A stretch of 63,830 bases of DNA, the filler included, from an uncultured bacterium (GTDB taxonomy: Bacteria; CAYJRR01): NCBI GenBank assembly GCA_964372275.1. It is 5 parts of 5 records of this genome, joined end to end, with 100 filler letters (N's around TTAATTAATTAA, not from the genome) between each part and the next. Parts side by side here need not be neighbours in the genome. Positions count along the whole stretch, not along the records: positions 42,372 to 56,221 come from CAYJRR010000122.1; positions 56,322 to 63,830 come from CAYJRR010000174.1; 3 more parts are not named here. The stretch is one strand, 5' to 3'. The position numbers and the translations under genes were made by a program. Shown piece by piece: positions 48,967 through 57,229 of the stretch; positions within the stretch are counted from its first letter, which is position 1; every line of letters starts with the position of its first letter. The notes below the pieces were generated by a model. It did not search any database, was not told the origin of the DNA, and saw nothing but the letters and a program-made list of their open reading frames with translations.

Positions 48967-51321
48967 CTACCGCGTGGCGGTGGAGGAGTCCTTGAGCGCC
49001 GCCTCGATCTCCTTCTTGAGCTGGAGATCGTTCGGGGTGGCGCGCGGCTTGGTGAGGAGGACGCGCGCGAACTCCAGCGCCTGGGGGAGGTCCCCCTGGT
49101 CCTGGTGGAAATGGGCCTGCGCGCGCAGCACGTCGACGTCGGCGGGGTAACGCTTGTAGGCGAGGTCGAGGTCCTGCTTCGCCTCGACGAAGCGCTTCTG
49201 GGTGCGGAACAGCTTGGCGCGCCCGAGGAGCAGGTTCTTGTTCGCCGGCGCCCCCTCCAGCCCCTTGTTGAAGGCGAGCAGCGCCCCGGTGGTGTTGGAG
49301 AGCGACGCGCGCAACTGCCCCAGGTATCCGCAGATCGTGGCCTGGTCCTGCAGCTGGAGGACGGCGTTGCCGTCGATCCCGATCTCCTCGCAGCCGTGCC
49401 GGTAGGACGCTTCGGCCTTGGCGAACTTCTCGGCGGCCTCCGCGGCCGACCCCCCGCTCCGTTCCAGCGACTTTGCCTGCGACTGGTAGATCTGCCCCAG
49501 GAGGATGAACCCGGTCGGCATCTCCGGGTGCTGCGCCACGAACTGTTCGGCGTAGGGTTGCGCCTTGTCGATGTTGCCGAGGCGCATCTCGGTGGCGGCG
49601 ATGTTGAACTGCGCCACGTCGAGCGAGGGGAGCAGGCGGTAGGCCTCGTAGTACTGCTTCAGCGCTTCCTGCGCCTTGCCGACGTTCATCAACGCCGCGC
49701 CGTAGTTGTTCCGCGCCGACGGGAGGTCGGGGTTCTTCTTGACCGCGTCCCCCCACAACAGATGGTCCTTCTCCCAGACGCGCGCCCGCTGCACCGAGAG
49801 CGTGGCGAACCCGCCGACGATCGCCACGGTGAGCCCCGCCGCGAGGTAGCGCTCCCAGACCCCGGTCTCCTCGTCGGTGCCGAAGGCGGCGGTGGTGAGC
49901 AGCACCGCCAGGGCCACCGCCAGCGCGATGCACGGGAGGTAGAGGTAGCGATCGGCGTGCGGCGAGGCGAGCGGGACGATCCCCGATACCGGGATCAGCG
50001 GCGCGATCCACCAGGCGAGCCAGATGAGCGACTTGGGACTTTTCCGTAGCAGCCACGCGGCGAGCAGGGGGACGGCGCACAGCACCGCGATCCCGGCGTA
50101 GGCGGCGAGGTACCACTTGTCGCTCTTCACGTCGTAGAGCGACGAGAGGTTCAGCGGAGCGATCAGGTGGTAGAAGTCGAGCCAGAAGGCGGTCAGCGAC
50201 GCCACCAGCGGGCTCTTCGGGGCGGCGTTCCAGGTGGCGTTGTCCTTCACCACTTGGTTGCTGGCCGCGCGCTGGACGGTGATCGTCACCGACCACAACA
50301 CGAGCAGCGCGTGCGGCAGGATCCGTAGGCCGATCCCCTTCAGCTCCGGGAGGCCCGGGAGCCACCCGGCGCTCTCGCGCCGCGGGCGGTGCCCGAGCTC
50401 CCAGGCGAGGAGGATCGGCGGGATCACCACCGCAACCGGCTTGGAGAGCAGCCCCCCCAACGTGCAGAGCACCGCCAGCGCAAGCCAGACCGCGGCGCGC
50501 CGAGCGCCGCCGACGCCTCCGCTCTCCGTGTCTCCGCCGGAGCGCGGGTGGAAGGCGAGGACGGCGCCGGCCGCGACGAAAAGGACGGTCGACGCGATCC
50601 CGGGCACGAGCGGCCAGCCGGGCAGCCAGGTGAGCAGCGTACCCCAGCCCTTGGCAATCGCGAAGCCGGCCACGGCGAGGGCGAACGAGACCGCCTCGAC
50701 GCGGTTCGGCAGCAACGCGCCGAAGTCCCCTGGATCGCCGGCATCGCCGTCCATCGTCCGGCGGACGTCGCCGGCGCGTGCGAGCCGCTCGGTCCCGGCG
50801 ATGTAGGCGAGCACGCTGCCGAGGATGAAGGCGCCGGAGAGCATCTCCTTCCGGCCCGAGACCCACGACACCGCCTCGACGTGGATCGGGTGGGCGAGCC
50901 AGATCGCCGCCCCCACCGCCCCCGCCCACGGGTTCAACAGCTTCCGGAAGAGGAAGAAGAGCAGCACCCCGTTCAGGAGGTAGAGCCAGGTGTTGACGCG
51001 GTGGTGCGCCTTCGCCTTCTCGGCGTGAGACAGGCCCTTGGCGAGCACCTCGCGGTCGAAGACGTAGGAGAGCGCCCGCAGCGGCAGGTGCGCGCCCGGT
51101 GACCAGCCGGGGACGAACAGCGCGCGCACGCGCTCCTTCGTCGGCTGCATCACGAACAGGTTCTGCTCGACGAGCGTGTTGTCGTCCCAGTCGAGGTAGC
51201 CGTAGCTCCAGGTGCGGGAGTAGATCCCGAGCGTCAGCACCAGCAGGACCGCGAGCGCCCCCGCGGTGAATCCGACCGGGTGTTTCTGCGGCAGGCGCGC
51301 GCCTTGTTCGAAGACCGTCAC
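48967..51321 (-). CDS. TMTC-like GT-C glycosyltransferase with C-terminal TPRs
   Basis: WDD loop, HPIHVEAVSWVSGR, LLSKP, ADRYLYLP, W..D..LW, multiple TMs and TPR repeats. Confidence 0.8.
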   Translation of the reverse strand: MTVFEQGARLPQKHPVGFTAGALAVLLVLTLGIYSRTWSYGYLDWDDNTLVEQNLFVMQPTKERVRALFVPGWSPGAHLPLRALSYVFDREVLAKGLSHAEKAKAHHRVNTWLYLLNGVLLFFLFRKLLNPWAGAVGAAIWLAHPIHVEAVSWVSGRKEMLSGAFILGSVLAYIAGTERLARAGDVRRTMDGDAGDPGDFGALLPNRVEAVSFALAVAGFAIAKGWGTLLTWLPGWPLVPGIASTVLFVAAGAVLAFHPRSGGDTESGGVGGARRAAVWLALAVLCTLGGLLSKPVAVVIPPILLAWELGHRPRRESAGWLPGLPELKGIGLRILPHALLVLWSVTITVQRAASNQVVKDNATWNAAPKSPLVASLTAFWLDFYHLIAPLNLSSLYDVKSDKWYLAAYAGIAVLCAVPLLAAWLLRKSPKSLIWLAWWIAPLIPVSGIVPLASPHADRYLYLPCIALAVALAVLLTTAAFGTDEETGVWERYLAAGLTVAIVGGFATLSVQRARVWEKDHLLWGDAVKKNPDLPSARNNYGAALMNVGKAQEALKQYYEAYRLLPSLDVAQFNIAATEMRLGNIDKAQPYAEQFVAQHPEMPTGFILLGQIYQSQAKSLERSGGSAAEAAEKFAKAEASYRHGCEEIGIDGNAVLQLQDQATICGYLGQLRASLSNTTGALLAFNKGLEGAPANKNLLLGRAKLFRTQKRFVEAKQDLDLAYKRYPADVDVLRAQAHFHQDQGDLPQALEFARVLLTKPRATPNDLQLKKEIEAALKDSSTATR

Positions 51322-51333
51322 GAAGCGGGCAGC

Positions 51334-52107
51334 CTAGCGGAAATCCCGGCGGGAGAACACCAGCACCGAGAGGCAGAGCAACGCGGCGGTGTAGGCCGCT
51401 CCGTAGCCGAGGGCGTAGGCGAACTGGTCCCAGGGGAGGGGGATCTCGTAGCTCGCCCGGTCGGCGATGTAGAAGAGGCCCAGGTCGGGGAAGAGCCAGT
51501 AGAGCCCCTCCAGGAGCCCCCGCGACACCGGGCTCTCGGTCCGCGCCGCCAGCTCCTTCAGGTCCCCGACCACCATCCCGATCAACCAGCAGCAGAAACT
51601 GAACATCGCGGCCAGGTGGGTCGAGGTGAAGCTGGCGAAGGTGACGGCCAGCGTCACCAGCAACACCTGTTCCGCCCACAGCAGGACCAGGCTCTGCGCC
51701 AGCGCCACGGTCGGATGGGCCCCGTGGTGGATCGCCGTCACGGCGGCGAGGGTCATGGCCATCACCGCCATCGCCACCGTCAGGGTGAGGGTGAGACCCG
51801 CCGCCTTCCCCACCAGAAACTGCCCCCGGCTGACCGGCTTGGCGACGATCACGTAGATCGTCCGCCGCTCGATCTCGCGCGAGACGAGCCCGATCCCGAG
51901 GAAGATGGCGATCAGCGATCCGCCGGCGAACATCGCCGCCTGCCCGACGTCGAGCAGCACCTTCCCCTGCTGCTCCCAGGGGAACATCTCGCCGGCGACG
52001 ATCCCGGCGAGGATGATCGCCGCGGCGAACAGCACCAGCACGTAGAGGATGCGGTCGCGCCGGTTTTCGCGGAAGGTGTTGGCGGCGATCGCCAGGATCG
52101 TCCTCAT
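51334..52107 (-). CDS. pilI: Pilus-associated ABC transporter permease PilI-like
   Basis: AIA.NTFRE..RDRILY, EIERRTIY....KPVSR..F..GK, FSRRDF; start at ATG 52107. Confidence 0.85.
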   Translation of the reverse strand: MRTILAIAANTFRENRRDRILYVLVLFAAAIILAGIVAGEMFPWEQQGKVLLDVGQAAMFAGGSLIAIFLGIGLVSREIERRTIYVIVAKPVSRGQFLVGKAAGLTLTLTVAMAVMAMTLAAVTAIHHGAHPTVALAQSLVLLWAEQVLLVTLAVTFASFTSTHLAAMFSFCCWLIGMVVGDLKELAARTESPVSRGLLEGLYWLFPDLGLFYIADRASYEIPLPWDQFAYALGYGAAYTAALLCLSVLVFSRRDFR

Positions 52108-53075
52108 GCCGCCGCCCCTCCGCCGGCCTTCCCGGCGCCGTCCGGGCGGTCTTCCGAGTGGGTGACGCGGGCCATGAAGATCTCCTCCAGGCTCTTCCGA
52201 ACCGGCGTCATCGCCAGCACCGTCGCGCCGTGGGTCCGGAGCAGGTCGAGCGCCTGCGACGCGTGCTCCTGCGGCAGGCGCACCAGCAGGCGATCGCCGG
52301 AGTCGGACAGCTTCGCCGACGGGAGTCTCGCGAGCGCACCGCGTGCCTCGGGGCCGGCCTTCACCGCCACCAGCTCCATCTCCGACCCGGCGAGCGCGAT
52401 CAGCTCCCCCAGCGGCGCCTGCGCCACGACCGATCCCTTGTCGAGGATCACCACCCGATCGCAGACCACCTCCACGTCGGAGAGGATGTGCGTCGAGAAG
52501 AAGACGGTTCGCCGCTCCGCGCGCAGGCTCAAGATCAGGTCCCGGACCTCCTTGCGGCCGATCGGGTCCAACCCGCTCATCGGCTCGTCGAGGATCACCA
52601 GCCACGGGTCGTTGATCAGCGCCTGGGCGATGCCGATCCGCTGCAACATCCCCTTCGAATAGCCGCGAAGCGGTTGGTCGGCGGCGTGGCTCAAACCGAC
52701 CCGCTCGAGGAGCTCGCCGGCCCGCTTTCGACGCAACCACCCCGGAATGCCAAAGAGACTTCCGAGGTAGTCGAGGATCTCGGCGCCGGTGAGGTGGTCG
52801 TAGAAGTAGGGGTGCTCGGGCAGGAATCCGAGGCGACGCTTGGCCTCCGGATCGCCGATCGGCCGGTCGAAGATCCGCGCCTCCCCGCCGGTGGGGAAGA
52901 TCAGGCCCATCAGGATCTTCATCGTCGTCGTCTTCCCGGCGCCGTTGGGCCCGAGGAAGCCGAAGATCTCGTGCTCCTCGACCGACATCGTCAGGGAGCG
53001 CAGGGCGTCGACGCGCCTCTTGCCGAGGCCGGGGTTGTAGGACTTCGAAAGGAGGGCGGTGCGGATGACCGACAT
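52104..53075 (-). CDS. pilH: Pilus-associated ABC transporter ATPase PilH-like
   Basis: GPNGAGKTT, YSKGMLQR, LDEPMSGLDP, STH; between pilG and pilI. Confidence 0.88.
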   Translation of the reverse strand: MSVIRTALLSKSYNPGLGKRRVDALRSLTMSVEEHEIFGFLGPNGAGKTTTMKILMGLIFPTGGEARIFDRPIGDPEAKRRLGFLPEHPYFYDHLTGAEILDYLGSLFGIPGWLRRKRAGELLERVGLSHAADQPLRGYSKGMLQRIGIAQALINDPWLVILDEPMSGLDPIGRKEVRDLILSLRAERRTVFFSTHILSDVEVVCDRVVILDKGSVVAQAPLGELIALAGSEMELVAVKAGPEARGALARLPSAKLSDSGDRLLVRLPQEHASQALDLLRTHGATVLAMTPVRKSLEEIFMARVTHSEDRPDGAGKAGGGAAA

Positions 53076-53102
53076 CGTTGTCGCGCGCTCGTATATATCC
53101 GA

Positions 53103-54503
53103 TCAGCGGCAGGCGCGCGATCCGCCCTCCGGGCCCGTCGGGGGAAATCCCCCGGACCCCCTGCCGTCCCCGGAGACGGCGACGAACGGATGGCGGCTCT
53201 CGGCCGGGACCGGCTTCCCGTCGGGGGCCAGGCCGTAGCGGGTCCCGAACGGATCGATCTCCGGCGTCCCCGCCCTGTCGTGAAGCGCGTCGATCGACGG
53301 CAAGGCGGACGGGTCTTCGCGCAGTCGCGCGATCCACGCCTTCCGAAGGCGCTCCAGGTCGAGCGCGATCAGCACGCGCGCCTCGACCGTTCGCAGGCGG
53401 ATGCGGTCGTCTTCGTCCTCCACCAGGGGGAGGAACGATTCGACGCCGTGGAGGGAGGCGCCCAGCAGCCGCGCGCGGGCCTCGACGGCGGCGACGAGCG
53501 GGCTCCGTCCGGGCCGCCCCACCCCCTCCACCCCCAGTCGCGCCACGACGCGCTCTTCGAGCATTCGCTCGCGGACGTCGCCGGTGAGGGCCGACTGGGT
53601 GTTGAAGGTCTTCAGGCCGGATCGCCCGCTGGTGCTCCGCGCGCGGCCGTTCTCACCCAGCACGTAACTGCCGCCGAACGGATCGCGTGCCGGGAGCGGC
53701 GGGAGGATCCCCTCGGCGACGAGGATCTCGACCGACGCCGGGAGGTGCCCGTTCGTCCGGCGGAAGGTCCGGACGGCGTCGTCGATCCGCGCCAGGTCGC
53801 GCGCCAGCACCGCTTCGCGCAGTCGCTCGGCGAATCGCTCCTTCAACCGCGGGTCGTCGGTCCGCTTGAGCTGCCCTTCGAGGTATTCGATCGCCGCGTC
53901 GCGACGGCTGGCATCGCTCAAGAGGCGGGCGACCAGGCCCGGGAGCCACGGCGGCGCCCCTTCGAGCGCCGCCGCGCGCTGCATCTGCCGCGCCGCGCAC
54001 TCCATGTTCCCGAGCTCGGCGAAGCAGTTGTAGCCGGCCTGGAACGGAAGGCGCCAATCGGTCGGGTCGCGCCGCATCGCCTGTTCCAGCACCTCCACCG
54101 CCGCGCAGGGCTGGTTGCCGAGAACCGAGACCAGCACCGACCCGTGGTAGTAGGCGGATCGGAAGTCGGGGTCGAGGTTGACGACCGCCTGCAGGCGGTT
54201 GGCGAGCATCCTCCCGGTCGCCTCGTCCGCCGGTTGGAGTGGAACGGCCTGGACGAACCGGAGCCACAACAGGTCGGCGGCCAATCCGTCGAACGCGAGC
54301 GCCCCGATCCGGGCGTAGGCGACCGGCAGCGCCACGTGCGACTCCGGCAACGCCAAGCGGACGCCGCCCGAGGCGGCGCTTCGAAACGCCGCGGCGGCGC
54401 CGAAGGTGGCGGCCAGAAGCCCGACGAGAACGGCCGACCGGCGCGACGGCGCGGAAAGGGGGTGCGGGGGTGATCCCCCGAGGGAGCGCGAAGGCGCGGA
54501 CAT
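53103..54503 (-). CDS. pilG: PilG/XapA-like TPR pilus accessory protein with duplicated C-terminal domain
   Basis: ADLLWLR.VQ, LDPDF..AY, P.DWRLPF.AG, P.WL..L.ARL, DPFGG; downstream of the pilins as in the myxobacterial pilAGHI arrangement. Confidence 0.72.
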   Translation of the reverse strand: MSAPSRSLGGSPPHPLSAPSRRSAVLVGLLAATFGAAAAFRSAASGGVRLALPESHVALPVAYARIGALAFDGLAADLLWLRFVQAVPLQPADEATGRMLANRLQAVVNLDPDFRSAYYHGSVLVSVLGNQPCAAVEVLEQAMRRDPTDWRLPFQAGYNCFAELGNMECAARQMQRAAALEGAPPWLPGLVARLLSDASRRDAAIEYLEGQLKRTDDPRLKERFAERLREAVLARDLARIDDAVRTFRRTNGHLPASVEILVAEGILPPLPARDPFGGSYVLGENGRARSTSGRSGLKTFNTQSALTGDVRERMLEERVVARLGVEGVGRPGRSPLVAAVEARARLLGASLHGVESFLPLVEDEDDRIRLRTVEARVLIALDLERLRKAWIARLREDPSALPSIDALHDRAGTPEIDPFGTRYGLAPDGKPVPAESRHPFVAVSGDGRGSGGFPPTGPEGGSRACR

Positions 54504-55168
54504 CAGATCCCGATCGCGCAGTCGTTCTGGACGGTGTTCATCTCACGCCGGTGATTGATCGACCACAGGTCGAGGATCACCGATCCGGCCGCGTCGGGGC
54601 CGGGGTCGGCGGCGGCGCCGATCAGGAACTGCTGCCCCTCGGCGAAGGAGGCAGGGAGGTCGGTGTTGTCGAGGGCCGTCCCTCCCAGGTCGACCATCCG
54701 CGAGGTGCTGTAGTAGGAGGGACTGCCGATGACGCTGGCGTGCACCGTCGACTTCCGCTCGGGGTCCCAGTTGGTGATCCCCAGCGGCGCGTCGGTGGGG
54801 TAGCCCGGATCCTTGAAGCCGAACAGGTAGAGCGGCTCCCCCTCCGGCTTCCAGTTGAGGTTCACCAGATCGGTGGCGAAGGTGTTGTGCTCGGCGAAGA
54901 ACGTTTTTTCGGTCACGAAGAGGGTGCCGAGACCCGACTTGGCCTCTCCCTGCTTCGAGCGGCACATGAAGCTGACGTAGCTGGGGACGGCGATCGCCAC
55001 CAACACGCCGATGACGGCGACGACCGTCATCAGTTCGACCAGCGTGAAGCCCGCTGCCGGACCGAAAACACCGGGGCCGGAGGTTCCCCCCCGGCCCCGG
55101 TGCGAATACGGTTCGGATGCGGACGTCGTCCGGCGCGCGTCGGCGAAGTCGGACGGCGTCTCCGTCAC
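54503..55168 (-). CDS. Second type IVa pilin (PilA paralog) with long leader
   Basis: G|FTLVELM..P22, SKQ.EAK, same globular layout as PilA (SVIGSP..YST, NDC); start uncertain. Confidence 0.88.
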   Translation of the reverse strand: MTETPSDFADARRTTSASEPYSHRGRGGTSGPGVFGPAAGFTLVELMTVVAVIGVLVAIAVPSYVSFMCRSKQGEAKSGLGTLFVTEKTFFAEHNTFATDLVNLNWKPEGEPLYLFGFKDPGYPTDAPLGITNWDPERKSTVHASVIGSPSYYSTSRMVDLGGTALDNTDLPASFAEGQQFLIGAAADPGPDAAGSVILDLWSINHRREMNTVQNDCAIGI

Positions 55169-55169
55169 A

Positions 55170-55730
55170 TCAGCTGGTGCAGTCGTTGGCCGAGACCGAC
55201 AGCTGCTTGGTGTTGTTGATCGTCCAGGTGTCGAGCGAGACGCCCGACGACTCGGTGTCGATGTCGCCCGCCGCGCCGAAGGTGAAGATCTGGCCGGTCA
55301 CGTCCGTGGCCGACGGGATGTCGGCCGCGGCCAGCGCCGAACCGTTCAGCTTCAGCATCTTCGCGGTGCTGTAGCGCGCGGGGGAGCCGATGACCGAGGC
55401 GACCATCGTGTCCTTCTGGTCCTCCGCCCAGGTCGAGATGCCGGCGACGTCGGCGGGGTAGGAGGTGTCGGTGCCGTAGATGTAGAGCGGCGTGCCGTCC
55501 GGGATCCAGTTCACCGAGACCAGGTCGGATCCGTAGGTGTTGTACTCGCCGAAGAACGCCTTCTCCGCGGTGAAGACGCCGGAGAGGTTCGTCTTCGCTT
55601 CCGACTGCTTCGACTTGCACTGGAACTTGAGGAAGTTCGGGATGGCAATCGCCGCCAGGATGCCGATGATCGCGACGACGATCATCAGCTCGATCAGGGT
55701 GAAGCCTTCGGTCTTACGAATCGAACGCAT
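55170..55730 (-). CDS. pilA: Major type IVa pilin
   Basis: GGAG SD; MRSIRKTEG|FTLIELMIVVAIIGILAAIAIPNF..KSKQSEAK (deltaproteobacterial PilA signature); sigma54 promoter upstream. Confidence 0.93.
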   Translation of the reverse strand: MRSIRKTEGFTLIELMIVVAIIGILAAIAIPNFLKFQCKSKQSEAKTNLSGVFTAEKAFFGEYNTYGSDLVSVNWIPDGTPLYIYGTDTSYPADVAGISTWAEDQKDTMVASVIGSPARYSTAKMLKLNGSALAAADIPSATDVTGQIFTFGAAGDIDTESSGVSLDTWTINNTKQLSVSANDCTS

Positions 55731-55827
55731 GGACGCTCCCTCGAAATAGGTTCCCGCCCACGGTCCTTCGCGAGTCCGGTCGACCCGACCGCAAGACCCC
55801 CCGAGGGCGGATGTCGCTGCCCTTACG

Positions 55828-55843
55828 TGCAACCGGAGTGCCT
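55828..55843 (-). promoter_or_regulatory. Sigma54 promoter of pilA
   Basis: Minus strand AGGCACTCCGGTTGCA (GGCAC-N5-TTGC), about 100 nt upstream of pilA; PilR is a sigma54 activator. Confidence 0.8.
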
Positions 55844-55891
55844 CGCCGACCTCGGCGCTCTCCCCCGTGAAACAAATCCGCAGGAACTGCA

Positions 55892-55998
55892 TAACCCGTG
55901 GATTTCACGCAGACTTGTAACCGGGCGCCGGAGGGGGTGTCAAGCGGGTCGATGACGTTTTTTGTCGCTCGTCCGAGGGGGCGACGACAATTCGTGTC
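55892..55998. promoter_or_regulatory. Candidate IHF site and two PilR enhancer dyads
   Basis: AATCCA-N4-TTA on the minus strand (55904-55892); GAC-N7-GTC at 55954-55966 and 55986-55998. Confidence 0.5.
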
Positions 55999-56003
55999 GA
56001 GCC

Positions 56004-56138
56004 TCACGCCCGCCGCGTCGGGCGGCATCGAATTCGCAAAGTCGCGGGGAGCACGAGTACCGCCAGCATCGAAAGCATCACCAGGCCGAGGATCAGCTCG
56101 ACGAGGCTCAACGAGTCGGGGGGACGGGGGGTCGACAC
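56004..56138 (-). CDS. 44-aa pilin-like peptide or pilin remnant
   Basis: AAGGAG SD; PPDS|LSLVELILGLVMLSMLAVLVLP keeps E5 and P22 spacing. Confidence 0.5.
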   Translation of the reverse strand: MSTPRPPDSLSLVELILGLVMLSMLAVLVLPATLRIRCRPTRRA

Positions 56139-56169
56139 GGAACTCTCCTTTGGGTGGCGCCCGCGATCC

Positions 56170-56221
56170 AGATCGGAAGAGCACACGTTGAACTCCAGTC
56201 ACAATTCTTGGAATCTCGGAT
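56170..56221 (+). other. Illumina TruSeq adapter/index contamination
   Basis: AGATCGGAAGAGCACACGT-TGAACTCCAGTCAC, then 10-nt index AATTCTTGGA, then ATCTCG. Confidence 0.97.
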
Positions 56222-56321
56222 NNNNNNNNNNNNNNNNNNNNNNNNNNNNNNNNNNNNNNNNNNNNTTAATTAATTAANNNNNNNNNNNNNNNNNNNNNNN
56301 NNNNNNNNNNNNNNNNNNNNN
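56222..56321. other. Artificial contig linker
   Basis: N-run, TTAATTAATTAA, N-run. Confidence 0.99.
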
Positions 56322-56322
56322 C

Positions 56323-56595
56323 GGGGGCGGTGCGGGCGGGACAGTCGCCGTCTGGGCCGTCCACGGGACGGCGTTCCAAGGATCCTTCTCGGCGAAGGGG
56401 GGACCGGGCGGCGTCTCGGGATCGGTCGGACCGGGCGGCGGTGGAGGGGGCGGAGGACGACTCCATACACCCGACACGCTGGGCGAAACCGACTTCGCCT
56501 CCCGCGACGCCTCGGGCGGTCCCGCCGGATCCGGCGGGACCGCCTACGGAGCGACGGCCGGCAGCGCCGGTCTGTTGACCGAAACCCGACTCTAG
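56323..56595 (+). CDS. C-terminal fragment of a glycine-rich AgmC-like protein (not in ORF track)
   Basis: GGGAGGTVAVWAVHGTAFQGSFSAKGGPGG..GPGGGGGGGRL...GATAGSAGLLTETRL* aligns with the C-terminus of 972-2336. Confidence 0.8.
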   Translation, partial: GGGAGGTVAVWAVHGTAFQGSFSAKGGPGGVSGSVGPGGGGGGGGRLHTPDTLGETDFASRDASGGPAGSGGTAYGATAGSAGLLTETRL

Positions 56596-57188
56596 AAGGC
56601 GATCCCCCCGCCGACGAGGAGGGCGTAGTCGTCGCCGTGAAGCTGGCGGCCGGTCGAGCCGCTCTCGTCGATGCCGCCCCCTTTGGCGGACTGGCGGGTG
56701 TAGCGGACGTAGTGGTAGCGGAGGTCGACCGAACCGAAGAACCGGTTCATCGGGTGCAAGCGCACGCCGAGGCCGACGATCGGGGAGAAGCCGGTGACCG
56801 TGAATCGCGTCGCGTCGACCTTCGCCGTCGCCGCCATCAACGGCGAATATCCGACGAAGAAGTTCGGCTCCACGAGTCCGGCGCCGGTGGGGAAGAAGCG
56901 CGCGTCGACGAGGATTCCGGCGATCCCGCCATCGCCTCGCGCCTCCTTCACGTTGGAGCTGGCGCTGTAGAAGGAGCCTTCGATCGCCAGCCGGGAGAGG
57001 ATTCGCCAGCCGACCTTCGGCGCGAGGGCGAGTCCCGGGTCCCAGCCGTCGTAGCCGCTCCCGATCGGATTGTGGAAGCCGAGCTCCAGGGCGAGGGTCG
57101 GACCGCGGTGCATGTCGTCGAGCGCCCAGGCGCCGTCGGGCGCCGCCGTCGAAAGAAGGAGTGCGAGCCCCGCCACCGTCCGCTTCAT
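56592..57188 (-). CDS. Small outer-membrane beta-barrel protein (OmpA/porin-like, about 8 strands)
   Basis: Signal peptide; amphipathic strands; ends in LLVGGGIAF. Confidence 0.8.
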   Translation of the reverse strand: MKRTVAGLALLLSTAAPDGAWALDDMHRGPTLALELGFHNPIGSGYDGWDPGLALAPKVGWRILSRLAIEGSFYSASSNVKEARGDGGIAGILVDARFFPTGAGLVEPNFFVGYSPLMAATAKVDATRFTVTGFSPIVGLGVRLHPMNRFFGSVDLRYHYVRYTRQSAKGGGIDESGSTGRQLHGDDYALLVGGGIAF

Positions 57189-57229
57189 CGTCGTACCCTC
57201 CACTCGGAAACGCGCGCCTCGGTCGAAGG

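Noticed and set aside
56023-56038. Plus-strand GG-N10-GC element (possible divergent sigma54 promoter)
   Set aside because: It lies inside the micro-pilin ORF and no downstream gene is visible before the adapter and contig end.
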